Shown in pieces: positions 8,210 through 16,989 of a stretch of DNA of 64,000 nucleotides. The notes beneath the pieces are model-generated. The model was given only the letters and a program-made list of their open reading frames with translations, had not been told where the DNA came from and searched no databases. Made by a program: the position numbers and the translations under genes. This DNA is from an uncultured Desulfovibrionaceae bacterium (lineage in GTDB: Bacteria; Desulfobacterota; Desulfovibrionia; Desulfovibrionales; Desulfovibrionaceae): NCBI GenBank assembly GCA_964369185.1, contig CAYJEN010000001.1, positions 32,907 through 96,906 of the forward strand. The letters are read 5' to 3'. How positions within the stretch are numbered: the first letter of the stretch is position 1; each line of letters opens with the position of its first letter.

Positions 8210-9195
8210 TTAATGTGCAATATTAGAATTTAAGGAGATTTTTTTTACCTCCTTAGAAGCTTGTTTTCTTGAGTTATTTTTGGATTTTCTCTGTTTTTTA
8301 GTACGTTTTTTAGGTTCTAGATTTTCAACTTTCTTTTTTGATGAAGAAAGCAAATCCCTTTCAAGTTTATTAATCGCAGGCTTTGTGTGATTGGGTGCAA
8401 GATGTGCATATCGCATAGTCATGCTGATATCTCGATGCCCAAGGACTTTGCCTATTTCAAAAATACTTACTCCATCTTGTGCTAACCATGAGGCGAAAGT
8501 GTGTCGTAAGGAATGAAATACAAATATATTACGCCTATCTGTGACACCGTTATTGAGTCCTGCCTCCTTCACAGCACTTCTGAAATGATTTGAAACATCA
8601 CGAGGAGGTTTTTCAAAAAAGATAAAAGCCATATTCATTTTTGCATAAGTCTTTATTATTCTAAACCTTTCGTCACCTAAATTCACATTTCTGGAGTGCT
8701 TGTTTTTTGTATCATATAGGTGAACTATTCCATTATTAAAATCAATATCTTCGTTCTTCATTTTGAAAATTTCACTTGCTCTCATTCCTGTATTTAGAGC
8801 TATAAAAGAAATATCATGCCATAATTGACTTCTTTTTTGAGAAGTGCTAAAAGATGTTCTGCTTCTTCTTTGGAAAGAAAGCGCTCGCGTTTATTGCTGA
8901 CTATGATTTTAGGAAATCTAGGCAGAGCCTTTTTATATTCTTCAAATTCAATAGCTCTGTTAAGGATTACTTTAAGTAAACCTAAACAATGTGTTACAGT
9001 TTTATGAGTCAAGCCTTTATTGTATAAAGTAGCCATAAAAGAATGAATATCTTTATATTTTAACTTTTTCAGATTAAAGTTTTTCCAGTAGGGGTGTAAA
9101 TGCTTCTTGTAACGGTAGGTTTCAGTTCGTAAACTTTTTTGATTAAGTGTGTTTGATTGAACATATACTTGCCATAAACTTTCAATTCTAATCAT
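8210..9195 (-). pseudogene. Tyrosine recombinase/integrase interrupted by a -1 frameshift in a homopolymer (T6 on the plus strand, 8833-8838)
   Basis: ORFs 8800-9195 (N-terminal SAM-like domain) and 8210-8785 (catalytic domain: HSLRHTFASW, LGHRDISMTMRYAHL) are collinear with the intact paralogue. Adding one A to the A6 run restores ..LKKRSQLWHDISFIALNTGMRASE, against the paralogue's ..YPRSELWHDITLFALNTGMRASE. Confidence 0.75.
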
Positions 9196-9371
9196 AATAA
9201 TGCCTCCGTATAAAATTTTTTTTGATAATTAAATACGGAGGAATATTGAGCTATTATAATCTAAGTGCGGGGTCGTTTTATGTTGCTTTTGAGTGGTTTT
9301 ATTTAATGATTACAACTTATTATTTAAACAATCTTGTTTTGCTAAGTTTTGCCTATTTCTACTTGTAATCT

Positions 9372-10247
9372 TTAGATTTTTTCTTGACTATAAAATGGGC
9401 TTATGGTATTCGGAATTAAGCTTATGGCGTGCTTCCCTTGCTCGGGTGCAAGATGGGCGTATCTCATTGTCATTTGTAGACTTTTATGTCCTAAAAGACT
9501 GCTTACAACTGCAAGAGCTACTCCTTCTTGAACAAGCCACGAGGCAAATGTATGTCTAAGTGAGTGAAATACAATTTGATTTCTTTTTTCAGTTATGTTG
9601 TGATTAAACTTTAGTTCCTTTACAACAGAACGAAAAATAGTAGAAGCATCTCGTATTTTGTTATTTGAAAATAAGTAGTTATAATTCTTTGAAGCATATT
9701 TTTGACTTATAGTGAAAGTGGTGTCATTGAGCGGTATTGTTCGATTACTTCCATTTTTGGTTTCAAAAAGTGTTATTGTACCTTGTGGGAAGTTGATATG
9801 TTCAGCTTTTAGTGTGTAAATCTCGCTTGCTCTCATTCCAGTATTGAGCGCAAAGAGGGTAATATCATGCCACAACTCACTTCGGGGGTATAAAGCTGTA
9901 AGAAGTGATCGAGCCTCCTCGATTGTAAGATAGCGATTCCTTTTATTATCATACTTCGGCATGCTAAAATGAGGAATATTGCCTTCATACACTTCAAATT
10001 GCTTGGCACGGTACATGATTGTTCTTAGAAGAGAAAGACAATGAGCAATGCTTTTCGGGCTGAGCCCTTTCTCTGCAAGACACTTTTTATAAGCCAAAAT
10101 GTTTTTCATCTTGATGTCAGACAGTTGCTTTCCTTGCCAATACTCTGCTAAATGCAGATTGTAACGATTACGATCTTTTCTAAGGTTTTGTTCTTTAGAA
10201 TTAGTTGTTTCGAGGTAAGTTGCCCATGCTTCAGTAATGCTACACAT
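9372..10247 (-). CDS. Tyrosine recombinase / phage-type integrase (intact)
   Basis: 291 aa. R (NTGMRASE), HxxR (HSLRHTFASW) and H...Y (LGHKSLQMTMRYAHL) are present. SD AAGGAG. Sits beside the tRNA remnant. Confidence 0.85.
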   Translation of the reverse strand: MCSITEAWATYLETTNSKEQNLRKDRNRYNLHLAEYWQGKQLSDIKMKNILAYKKCLAEKGLSPKSIAHCLSLLRTIMYRAKQFEVYEGNIPHFSMPKYDNKRNRYLTIEEARSLLTALYPRSELWHDITLFALNTGMRASEIYTLKAEHINFPQGTITLFETKNGSNRTIPLNDTTFTISQKYASKNYNYLFSNNKIRDASTIFRSVVKELKFNHNITEKRNQIVFHSLRHTFASWLVQEGVALAVVSSLLGHKSLQMTMRYAHLAPEQGKHAISLIPNTISPFYSQEKI

Positions 10248-10314
10248 AAAGATATCTCCTTATAGGTTGAACTATAAGGATTTATTAGATAAGTATAATT
10301 TTAGTCGTAGGTTT

Positions 10315-10340
10315 GGGTTCGAGTCCCGCCCTCGGTACCA
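10315..10340 (+). other. 3'-terminal tRNA gene remnant (T-loop, 3' acceptor strand, CCA); probable att site / island boundary
   Basis: GGGTTCGAGTCCCGC-CCTCGGT-A-CCA. No matching 5' acceptor strand (ACCGAGG or a wobble variant) occurs in the preceding 100 nt, so this is not a complete tRNA. Confidence 0.6.
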
Positions 10341-10361
10341 TTTAGTTTTTATAGAAACTTC

Positions 10362-10394
10362 AAGGGAATCAGCTAGTTATGATTCCCTTTTTTT
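10362..10394 (+). terminator. Rho-independent terminator downstream of the tRNA remnant
   Basis: AAGGGAATC-loop-GATTCCCTT followed by a T-run. Confidence 0.65.
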
Positions 10395-10554
10395 GTTGTG
10401 TAAATTCTGCAAATCATGCAATAAAGGGCTCTTAAGTTTGACTTTATGCAAAACATAACTACTATTATTATTAGGTGCATAGTGTGTTCCAAATACATTT
10501 GACCTATCATAATATAGTTTATTTTTTAGTATTGTTTAGAATTAGGATTGTTAC

Positions 10555-11112
10555 ATGTTAAATATTAGAAATCAAAATATTAACGAGGTTATAGAGCGAG
10601 AGCTCGAGATGTTTTTAAATGTTAAACAAGAATGTGGTCCGGCAACTTGTCAACAAAACCCAAATATGTTTCGTCATTGGAGATGGATGATTTTTTCTGT
10701 ACTTTCGGATGAATATATAGAATCGTATCTGCAAGACCTTATTGATGCAAAAACTAAGGGACGTAATCTTTTAACGGAAAAATATGCGCGTATGGATAAC
10801 CTTATTCCTTGTGTATCACCAAACATGGATAAAGTATTGGCAATAACTAAAGCAGAACGCTTTTGGCTTGTTGAACTGGGAAAAGAGTTTCCTTTGCAAT
10901 TTTCAAAACAAACAAAACGATTTGACTTTTATTTCTCAGCAGAAGTTGAAACTCTTTCTGAAAGAACCCTCGATTGTTATCTCGATTGTATAGCTAAGGC
11001 ACAAAAAGAAGGGCGTAACCTTGCAAAAGAACGCTATCAAAATATAAATGCCCGTTTAAACTACCCAAGTTTAGCAGAAAGAGAAGTTCAATTAGAAAAG
11101 CTTGTTGCATAA
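10555..11112 (+). CDS. Hypothetical protein (possibly DUF4125-like; low certainty)
   Basis: 185-aa ORF with an internal motif repeat (KTKGRNLLTEKYARM / QKEGRNLAKERYQNI). No catalytic motif recognised. Confidence 0.4.
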   Translation: MLNIRNQNINEVIERELEMFLNVKQECGPATCQQNPNMFRHWRWMIFSVLSDEYIESYLQDLIDAKTKGRNLLTEKYARMDNLIPCVSPNMDKVLAITKAERFWLVELGKEFPLQFSKQTKRFDFYFSAEVETLSERTLDCYLDCIAKAQKEGRNLAKERYQNINARLNYPSLAEREVQLEKLVA

Positions 11113-11187
11113 TTTATGCTTCTTTGTTCAAGACTTTATTTAGATAGTCACTGCAATACTTTTAAAATATTCTCTTTTTTAAAGTAA

Positions 11188-11219
11188 AAAGGACTATATA
11201 GTTATTTATATAGTCCTTT
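11188..11219. terminator. Hairpin between convergent genes
   Basis: AAAGGACTATATA / TATATAGTCCTTT, a 13-bp stem. Confidence 0.55.
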
Positions 11220-11289
11220 ATATTTTTATTTAAATAAAATTTAATATGTTTCTAAAATGATTACTTTTCTAATGAATACCTTAGTAAGA

Positions 11290-12555
11290 TTACTCACAAG
11301 GTACTAGGTCTTCAAGTGGGCATGGTTTACTATAAAGGTAGCCTTGAGAATAGTTTACACCATATTTTTCTAGCACAGCTTGAATTTCTTCATTTTCAAC
11401 AAATTCCGCAATTGTTTTTGCTCCAATAAGTTCCGCCATAAAGCAGATAGATCTTAGAATAATAACATTATTTTCAGATGTTGCTATGTCTTTAATTATA
11501 GTTCCGTCAATCTTAATGAATTTAGGAGAGAGAGAAATAATAGTCGTGTAAGTAGCATATCCTGAGCCAAAATCATCAACTGAGATACGGCAACCATAAC
11601 TACGTACTTTTTCAACGAAATCGAAAAGCATTTCATCTTGATAGTTTTCAGTTTCTACAAATTCAATTATTATGCGAGTAGCGTCAGGATATTGTTCTAA
11701 CTGCCTGTAAAACCATGTTCTAAAAGATTCGCTTGAAATGTCATAAGCTGAAATATTAATGGAAAGGTTTTCAGTGCGGTTACTAAATTCACTTAGAGTA
11801 CGCTTAATCATAGCGATACTTAAACGGTTATAAATTTTATATTTTTTTGCAATATCTAGGAAACGGTATGGAGTGTATACAACACCATTTGTATCCATTA
11901 TACGCATAAGTGCTTCATACTTATCTATTTTACCTGTTTCATTATTACGGATACCGTGATAGTAAGGAACAATTCGATTTTCTTTCATTGCAAAGTTGAT
12001 TAAATCAAGTATTTGTGCATCGTTTTTTATTGAGTTTGCAACGTCAAAACTATCTGGAGTTATAATAAAGTTTTCTCTTGTATCTTTTGCGTTCAAAAGA
12101 GCATGAAGAGCACGTTCAATGAGTCTGTCTTCTTGCAAAACAACAGCAAAACGTGAAACAGCACTTACATCAATTTCTGAAGAAGCTGCAGATTCAAACT
12201 GCATATAAAACTGTTTCATTAAGGCAAGAAAATCTTCCTTAGGAACATCTTCACCGGCGGCAAGAAGAAAGTTACTGTAGTTGTAACTATAAAGGAAAAT
12301 TTTATCGTCTAAGTTAAATAGTGTTAAGGCCTTTTGTACGTTATTTAAAACATCTTTACAACCGGCATAGTAGGTTTCTTCGCCATAGGCCGCAATCGAG
12401 AGATCTGCATTAACAACTTCGGTCATGCAAAGTTTATTTAACTTTAGTGCGCTTAAATCTTGGCGAAACTTTATCGAGTTCGGCACACCTAAGTTTTGGT
12501 CTATGTAAATACTATTTGGCATAAAAGCAATCTCCCTGCTGCATATTGCACTCAT
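11290..12555 (-). CDS. EAL-domain protein (putative c-di-GMP phosphodiesterase) with an uncharacterised or degenerate N-terminal domain
   Basis: C-terminal motifs IIEFVETE, DDFGSGYATYT, IKIDG, AEFVENEE, QGYLYSKP. Confidence 0.75.
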   Translation of the reverse strand: MSAICSREIAFMPNSIYIDQNLGVPNSIKFRQDLSALKLNKLCMTEVVNADLSIAAYGEETYYAGCKDVLNNVQKALTLFNLDDKIFLYSYNYSNFLLAAGEDVPKEDFLALMKQFYMQFESAASSEIDVSAVSRFAVVLQEDRLIERALHALLNAKDTRENFIITPDSFDVANSIKNDAQILDLINFAMKENRIVPYYHGIRNNETGKIDKYEALMRIMDTNGVVYTPYRFLDIAKKYKIYNRLSIAMIKRTLSEFSNRTENLSINISAYDISSESFRTWFYRQLEQYPDATRIIIEFVETENYQDEMLFDFVEKVRSYGCRISVDDFGSGYATYTTIISLSPKFIKIDGTIIKDIATSENNVIILRSICFMAELIGAKTIAEFVENEEIQAVLEKYGVNYSQGYLYSKPCPLEDLVPCE

Positions 12556-12745
12556 ACATATAATAATCCTTTTTAATTAAAACCACAAGTACAAAGTTCA
12601 ATTTTTTTCAAATTTATCTATAACGATATGATTTTTTTATAAAATTATTTTTTACATAAAAAGTTTGCTAAAACAAGAGATTAACTGCAAATAGTTATAA
12701 TGCTATAACTAATTAAAAACTTAGATATTATACAAAAAAAACTGA

Positions 12746-12774
12746 TTGACTTTATATTAACAAAGTTATATAAT
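12746..12774 (+). promoter_or_regulatory. Sigma70-like promoter of the ROK/ABC sugar operon
   Basis: TTGACT (12746-12751), 17 nt, TATAAT (12769-12774). Confidence 0.5.
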
Positions 12775-12842
12775 CAACTTCGTTAATACTAGATAGATTT
12801 GCTCTATAAAAAACTCTATAAAAGGTGCAAAGTAGGTGTGGT

Positions 12843-14096
12843 ATGAATGGTGTTGCCGGAAACAATTATAGTGATTTAAGTGAAATGAATCGTTCGGTGA
12901 TAGTTAAGATACTGCAAAAACGTGAAATTTGCACTCGCGCTGAAATTGCTAGACTTACAGGACTTACGCAGGCTTCAATCACAAAAATTATTGCTACATT
13001 AATAGAGATGGGAATAGTTTCTGAAATAGGTAGCGTTGGTGGTTGTGGTAATAGGCGAGCTATAGGCTTGAAACTGAATGCAGATAAATATCAGGTTGTT
13101 GGAATTAAGCTTGGTCGTAATATGTTTGCAACGGGTAGTTTTGATATTTCAGGGAAATTATATACTCAAAAAAATACAAATTTTTCATCAAAAGATGATA
13201 GAAATGCTGTTCTTAAAATGATAAAAGAACAAGTACAATTTGAGATAGATAATAATCCGCATGTTGTAGCCGTGGGGCTTGCTTTGCCTGGGCCATATCT
13301 TCGAGATGAAGGCTATGTTGCCGTTATTTCTCAGATGAATGAATGGAAACATATTAATTTTAATGAAGAATTTTGTAATGCATTTTCAGTGCCTGTTTTT
13401 ATTGAGCATGACGCAAACGCCGGAGCATTAGCCTCTTGGTGGTTTGAAGATAGAGAAAAACCGGTTCATACTTTAGCATATCTATTAGTGGGCGATGGTG
13501 TAGGTTGTGGGATTATTGAAGACGGTAGGCTCTTGCTTGGTTCACAAGGTGCTGCATGCGAAATAGGGCATACAAGTATTGATTTAAACGGTGAACGCTG
13601 TGAATGCGGAAATTATGGCTGTTTAGAACTTTTTTGTTCTGCTACTGCCATGATAAATAGAATTAAAAAAGAAATTCCATATCTTGTTGAAGTTGAAAAA
13701 TGTGAAAAAAGTGAATGCTGCGATAAACTGTTTGATCTAGCAAGGGCAGGTGATAAAGCTGCTATAAGTATTGTTGATGATTTTGCAAAATATTTGGCTT
13801 ATGCCTGTGTAAATCTAATTAATCTTTATAATCCAACTCTTATAACAATTGGTGATATACTTTCAAAAGGCGGAGATTTACTACTGCCAAAGATTAAAGA
13901 AGTAGTTGAGGATAGAGTTGTTCCTAGCCTCTATAAAAATACAAGCATAGAAGTAACAAAATTATCAATTGATCCAACTCTTTATGGTGCAGCAGCAAGT
14001 GCAGCTGAACAGGTGCTTTGCTCACCGACAAATTTCCTAAGTAAAAAAGATTTCAAAAATAATGGCAAACAATTTAAAAATGGAGGGCAAGCATGA
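12843..14096 (+). CDS. ROK-family transcriptional regulator (NagC/XylR type)
   Basis: N-terminal wHTH (RAEIARLTGLTQASITKII) and ROK zinc motif (CECGNYGCLE). The track ORF starts at GTG 12825; ATG 12843, preceded by AGGTG, is more likely. The stop overlaps the next gene (ATGA). Confidence 0.8.
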   Translation: MNGVAGNNYSDLSEMNRSVIVKILQKREICTRAEIARLTGLTQASITKIIATLIEMGIVSEIGSVGGCGNRRAIGLKLNADKYQVVGIKLGRNMFATGSFDISGKLYTQKNTNFSSKDDRNAVLKMIKEQVQFEIDNNPHVVAVGLALPGPYLRDEGYVAVISQMNEWKHINFNEEFCNAFSVPVFIEHDANAGALASWWFEDREKPVHTLAYLLVGDGVGCGIIEDGRLLLGSQGAACEIGHTSIDLNGERCECGNYGCLELFCSATAMINRIKKEIPYLVEVEKCEKSECCDKLFDLARAGDKAAISIVDDFAKYLAYACVNLINLYNPTLITIGDILSKGGDLLLPKIKEVVEDRVVPSLYKNTSIEVTKLSIDPTLYGAAASAAEQVLCSPTNFLSKKDFKNNGKQFKNGGQA

Positions 14097-15649
14097 AGCG
14101 ACCTTACATTCTAAAAATGCAAGGTATAACAAAAGTTTTCCCCGGAGTAAAAGCACTCGATAATGTAACTTTTGAAGTGCAAGAAGGAAATATTCATTCT
14201 ATTTGCGGAGAAAATGGAGCCGGAAAATCAACTTTAATGAAAGTCTTATCCGGTGTATATCCTCATGGTACGTATGAAGGCGAAATTATTTTTAATGGTA
14301 AAGAGCTAGAAGCTCATAATATTAAAGATTCTGAAAACGCCGGTATAGTAATTATACATCAAGAACTCACGATGATTCCAGAACTTTCTGTTATGGAAAA
14401 TATTTTCATGGGTAATGAGATAGTTAAAAAAGGTCTTATTGATTGGGTTGAAACCGAAACCAGAACCTTAGAACTTCTTGAAAAAGTTGGTTTGAATATT
14501 GACCCTAAAACGCCTATTAAAAACTTAGGCGTTGGACAACAACAAATGATTGAAATAGCAAAGTCTCTTTCAAAAAATGTAAAATTACTCATTCTTGACG
14601 AACCAACTTCAGCTCTCAATGAAGTAGATTCTGAAAATCTTCTAAAGCTAATGCTCGATCTTAAAAGCAAGGGTATAACTTGTATTATGATTTCGCATAA
14701 GTTGAATGAAATAGCATATGTATCAGACGCTGTTACCGTTATTCGTGATGGGCAAACAGTAGAAACTTATGACGTTGTTGCCGGTGAAGTTGATGAAGAT
14801 AGAATTATCTGTTCAATGGTTGGTAGATCAATTGATAATAGATATCCACCGCATGAACCAAAGCATGGAGACGTTATCTTTGAAGTTTCAAATTGGACTG
14901 TAGAAGACCCTAATATCGCGGGCAGAATTATTTGTGATAATGCTTCTTTCAGTATTAAAGCAGGTGAGATTATTGGTTTTGCCGGTCTTGTAGGTGCAGG
15001 ACGTACTGAGCTTATGCGCTCAATTTTCGGTAAGAATTACGGTTTATTCCATCATGGGGTTATGAAGCTGCATGGTGAAGAAATTGAAGTGCCGGATGTG
15101 CAATCTGCAATTGATCAAGGTCTAGCTTATGTTTCTGAAGATAGAAAAATGCTAGGCTTGAATCTGCTCGATAGCATAAAAACAACAATTGTTTCCGCAA
15201 ACTTAGATGAAATAACTACAGGTGCTCTTCTAGATTTTGATAAAGAAACCTTAGTTGCTGAAAAATCAAAAGTAGAGCTTGGAATTAAAACAAAAGATGT
15301 TGAGAATGGTGTAACAACACTTTCAGGTGGAAATCAGCAGAAAGTTGTTCTTGCAAAATGGCTTTTCACAAATCCGGAAGTATTAATTCTTGATGAGCCG
15401 ACTCGTGGTATTGACGTTGGTGCAAAATACGAAATCTATAAATTAATTCATAAAGTTGCAGATGAAGGTAAGGGAGTTATCATAATTTCTTCCGAACTTC
15501 CTGAACTTCTTGGTATGTCTGACAGAATTTACACAATTTGTGAAGGCAGAATAACAGGTGAGCTTGATAAAAAAGATGCCAATCAAGAATCACTTATGCG
15601 CTTAATGACAACCACCAATAAAGGTGAAAACAATAATAAAAGAGTGTAA
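14093..15649 (+). CDS. mmsA: Monosaccharide ABC transporter ATP-binding protein (duplicated ATPase)
   Basis: Two ABC cassettes: GENGAGKST, LSGGNQQK, and Walker B LILDEPT twice. 518 aa. Confidence 0.8.
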   Translation: MKRPYILKMQGITKVFPGVKALDNVTFEVQEGNIHSICGENGAGKSTLMKVLSGVYPHGTYEGEIIFNGKELEAHNIKDSENAGIVIIHQELTMIPELSVMENIFMGNEIVKKGLIDWVETETRTLELLEKVGLNIDPKTPIKNLGVGQQQMIEIAKSLSKNVKLLILDEPTSALNEVDSENLLKLMLDLKSKGITCIMISHKLNEIAYVSDAVTVIRDGQTVETYDVVAGEVDEDRIICSMVGRSIDNRYPPHEPKHGDVIFEVSNWTVEDPNIAGRIICDNASFSIKAGEIIGFAGLVGAGRTELMRSIFGKNYGLFHHGVMKLHGEEIEVPDVQSAIDQGLAYVSEDRKMLGLNLLDSIKTTIVSANLDEITTGALLDFDKETLVAEKSKVELGIKTKDVENGVTTLSGGNQQKVVLAKWLFTNPEVLILDEPTRGIDVGAKYEIYKLIHKVADEGKGVIIISSELPELLGMSDRIYTICEGRITGELDKKDANQESLMRLMTTTNKGENNNKRV

Positions 15650-15654
15650 AAGTT

Positions 15655-16875
15655 ATGGAAAAAATTAAACAAATTTTAGGCGGCGACCCTAAACAGTACA
15701 CAATGGTTATAGCGCTGATTATATTAGTGTTATTTTTCCAATTCATGACAGGTGGACTCATGATGACTCCATCAAACTTTCAAAACCTTATTTCAGGAAA
15801 TGCTTATGTGCTTGTGCTTGCAATAGGCATGCTTATGGTTATTATTGTTGGACATATTGATTTATCCGTTGGCTCTGTTGCTGCATTTTCGAGTATGTCG
15901 CTTGCTATTTTGGCGCAACAATTTGATTTGCCTTGGTGGCTGGCTATTTTCTGTGGCCTTGGTATTGGTATACTAGTAGGCGCATGGCAAGGCTTTTGGG
16001 TGGCAAAGCTCGCAATTCCTGGCTTTATCACTACATTAGCGGGTATGATGATTTTCCGTGGTGGTGTTATTTGGATTTCCGGATCTATTTCCGTGCCTGT
16101 TCCACGTGAATTAAGACTATTCGGCGCAGGTTATTTACCTGAGTGGGGCCCTGCTTTTACAGGTATGAATAATTCAACACTTTTGTTAGGTATTGTTACA
16201 ATATTAGCTTATGCTTACTCTCAAATAAAAGCGCATAGAAGTCATGTTCAGCTATCGAATAAAGAGGGATCTTTCACACCTGTTTTAGTGCGTATTCTTT
16301 TAGTAGGTGGCGTGGTTGCATATCTTACTTGGCTTTTTGCAACAGGACGTCCGGGAACTTCATTCCCTGTGCCGGGTATTATTCTTGTTATTTTGGTTAT
16401 TGTGTATCACATAGTAACAACACGCACAAAATTCGGGCGTCATATTTATGCTGTAGGCGGTAATAAGAATGCGGCGGCATTGTCGGGCGTAAATGTAAAG
16501 AAAATATATTTTTATACTATGCTTAATATGTCTTTCCTTGCTGCTCTTGCCGGAATTATGTTTGTTGGTCGTTCTACTTCGGCCGGTCCATCTGACGGAA
16601 CAGGTTGGGAGTTAGACGCTATTGCTTCGGTATTTATCGGTGGTGCTTCTGTTGCCGGCGGTACAGGTACAGTTATGGCTACTATGGTAGGTGGACTTAT
16701 TATGGCTGTATTGAACAATGGGCTTATGCTTATGGGTGTTGGCGCTGATAAAACTCAAGTTATCAAAGGTTTAGTGCTTCTTGCTGCTGTTGCTTTTGAT
16801 GTATACAATAAAACACAAGGTAAACCTTCTATAACCGGTATACTTTTTGGCTCTAAAAACCAAGCTGACAAATAA
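15655..16875 (+). CDS. mmsB: Monosaccharide ABC transporter permease
   Basis: 406-aa polytopic protein of the GguB/XylH type, placed between the ATPase and the binding protein. Confidence 0.75.
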   Translation: MEKIKQILGGDPKQYTMVIALIILVLFFQFMTGGLMMTPSNFQNLISGNAYVLVLAIGMLMVIIVGHIDLSVGSVAAFSSMSLAILAQQFDLPWWLAIFCGLGIGILVGAWQGFWVAKLAIPGFITTLAGMMIFRGGVIWISGSISVPVPRELRLFGAGYLPEWGPAFTGMNNSTLLLGIVTILAYAYSQIKAHRSHVQLSNKEGSFTPVLVRILLVGGVVAYLTWLFATGRPGTSFPVPGIILVILVIVYHIVTTRTKFGRHIYAVGGNKNAAALSGVNVKKIYFYTMLNMSFLAALAGIMFVGRSTSAGPSDGTGWELDAIASVFIGGASVAGGTGTVMATMVGGLIMAVLNNGLMLMGVGADKTQVIKGLVLLAAVAFDVYNKTQGKPSITGILFGSKNQADK

Positions 16876-16989
16876 TATTTAGTAACTTATCCTAAAGATA
16901 GTAGGTAATCAGGTAGAAAGTCATAACTAAGTTGCCGGCTTTCTGCTTGAGTAAAAATAACAGTCGAAAGACTCTAAACGGAGGAAATT

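Larger units (their letters stand above)
1..10340. mobile_element. Integrated mobilizable element / genomic island (right-hand part; left end lies outside the window)
   Basis: Contiguous block of a relaxase, a relaxosome accessory gene, an oriT-like nick motif, two tyrosine recombinases and defence-like cargo. It ends where a tRNA T-arm/acceptor/CCA remnant (10315-10340) and its terminator begin. The leftmost gene is still open at position 1. Confidence 0.7.

Noticed and set aside
1-10340. Claiming the island is compositionally distinct (lower GC) from the flanking chromosome
   Set aside because: It looks somewhat more AT-rich by eye. I cannot compute GC or codon statistics reliably here, so I make no quantitative claim.
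10237-10458. 73-aa ORF across the tRNA remnant, and the possibility of a complete tRNA here
   Set aside because: The ORF spans a T-arm/CCA sequence and a terminator. A full cloverleaf cannot be built because no 5' acceptor strand, D-arm or anticodon arm was found in the preceding ~100 nt.
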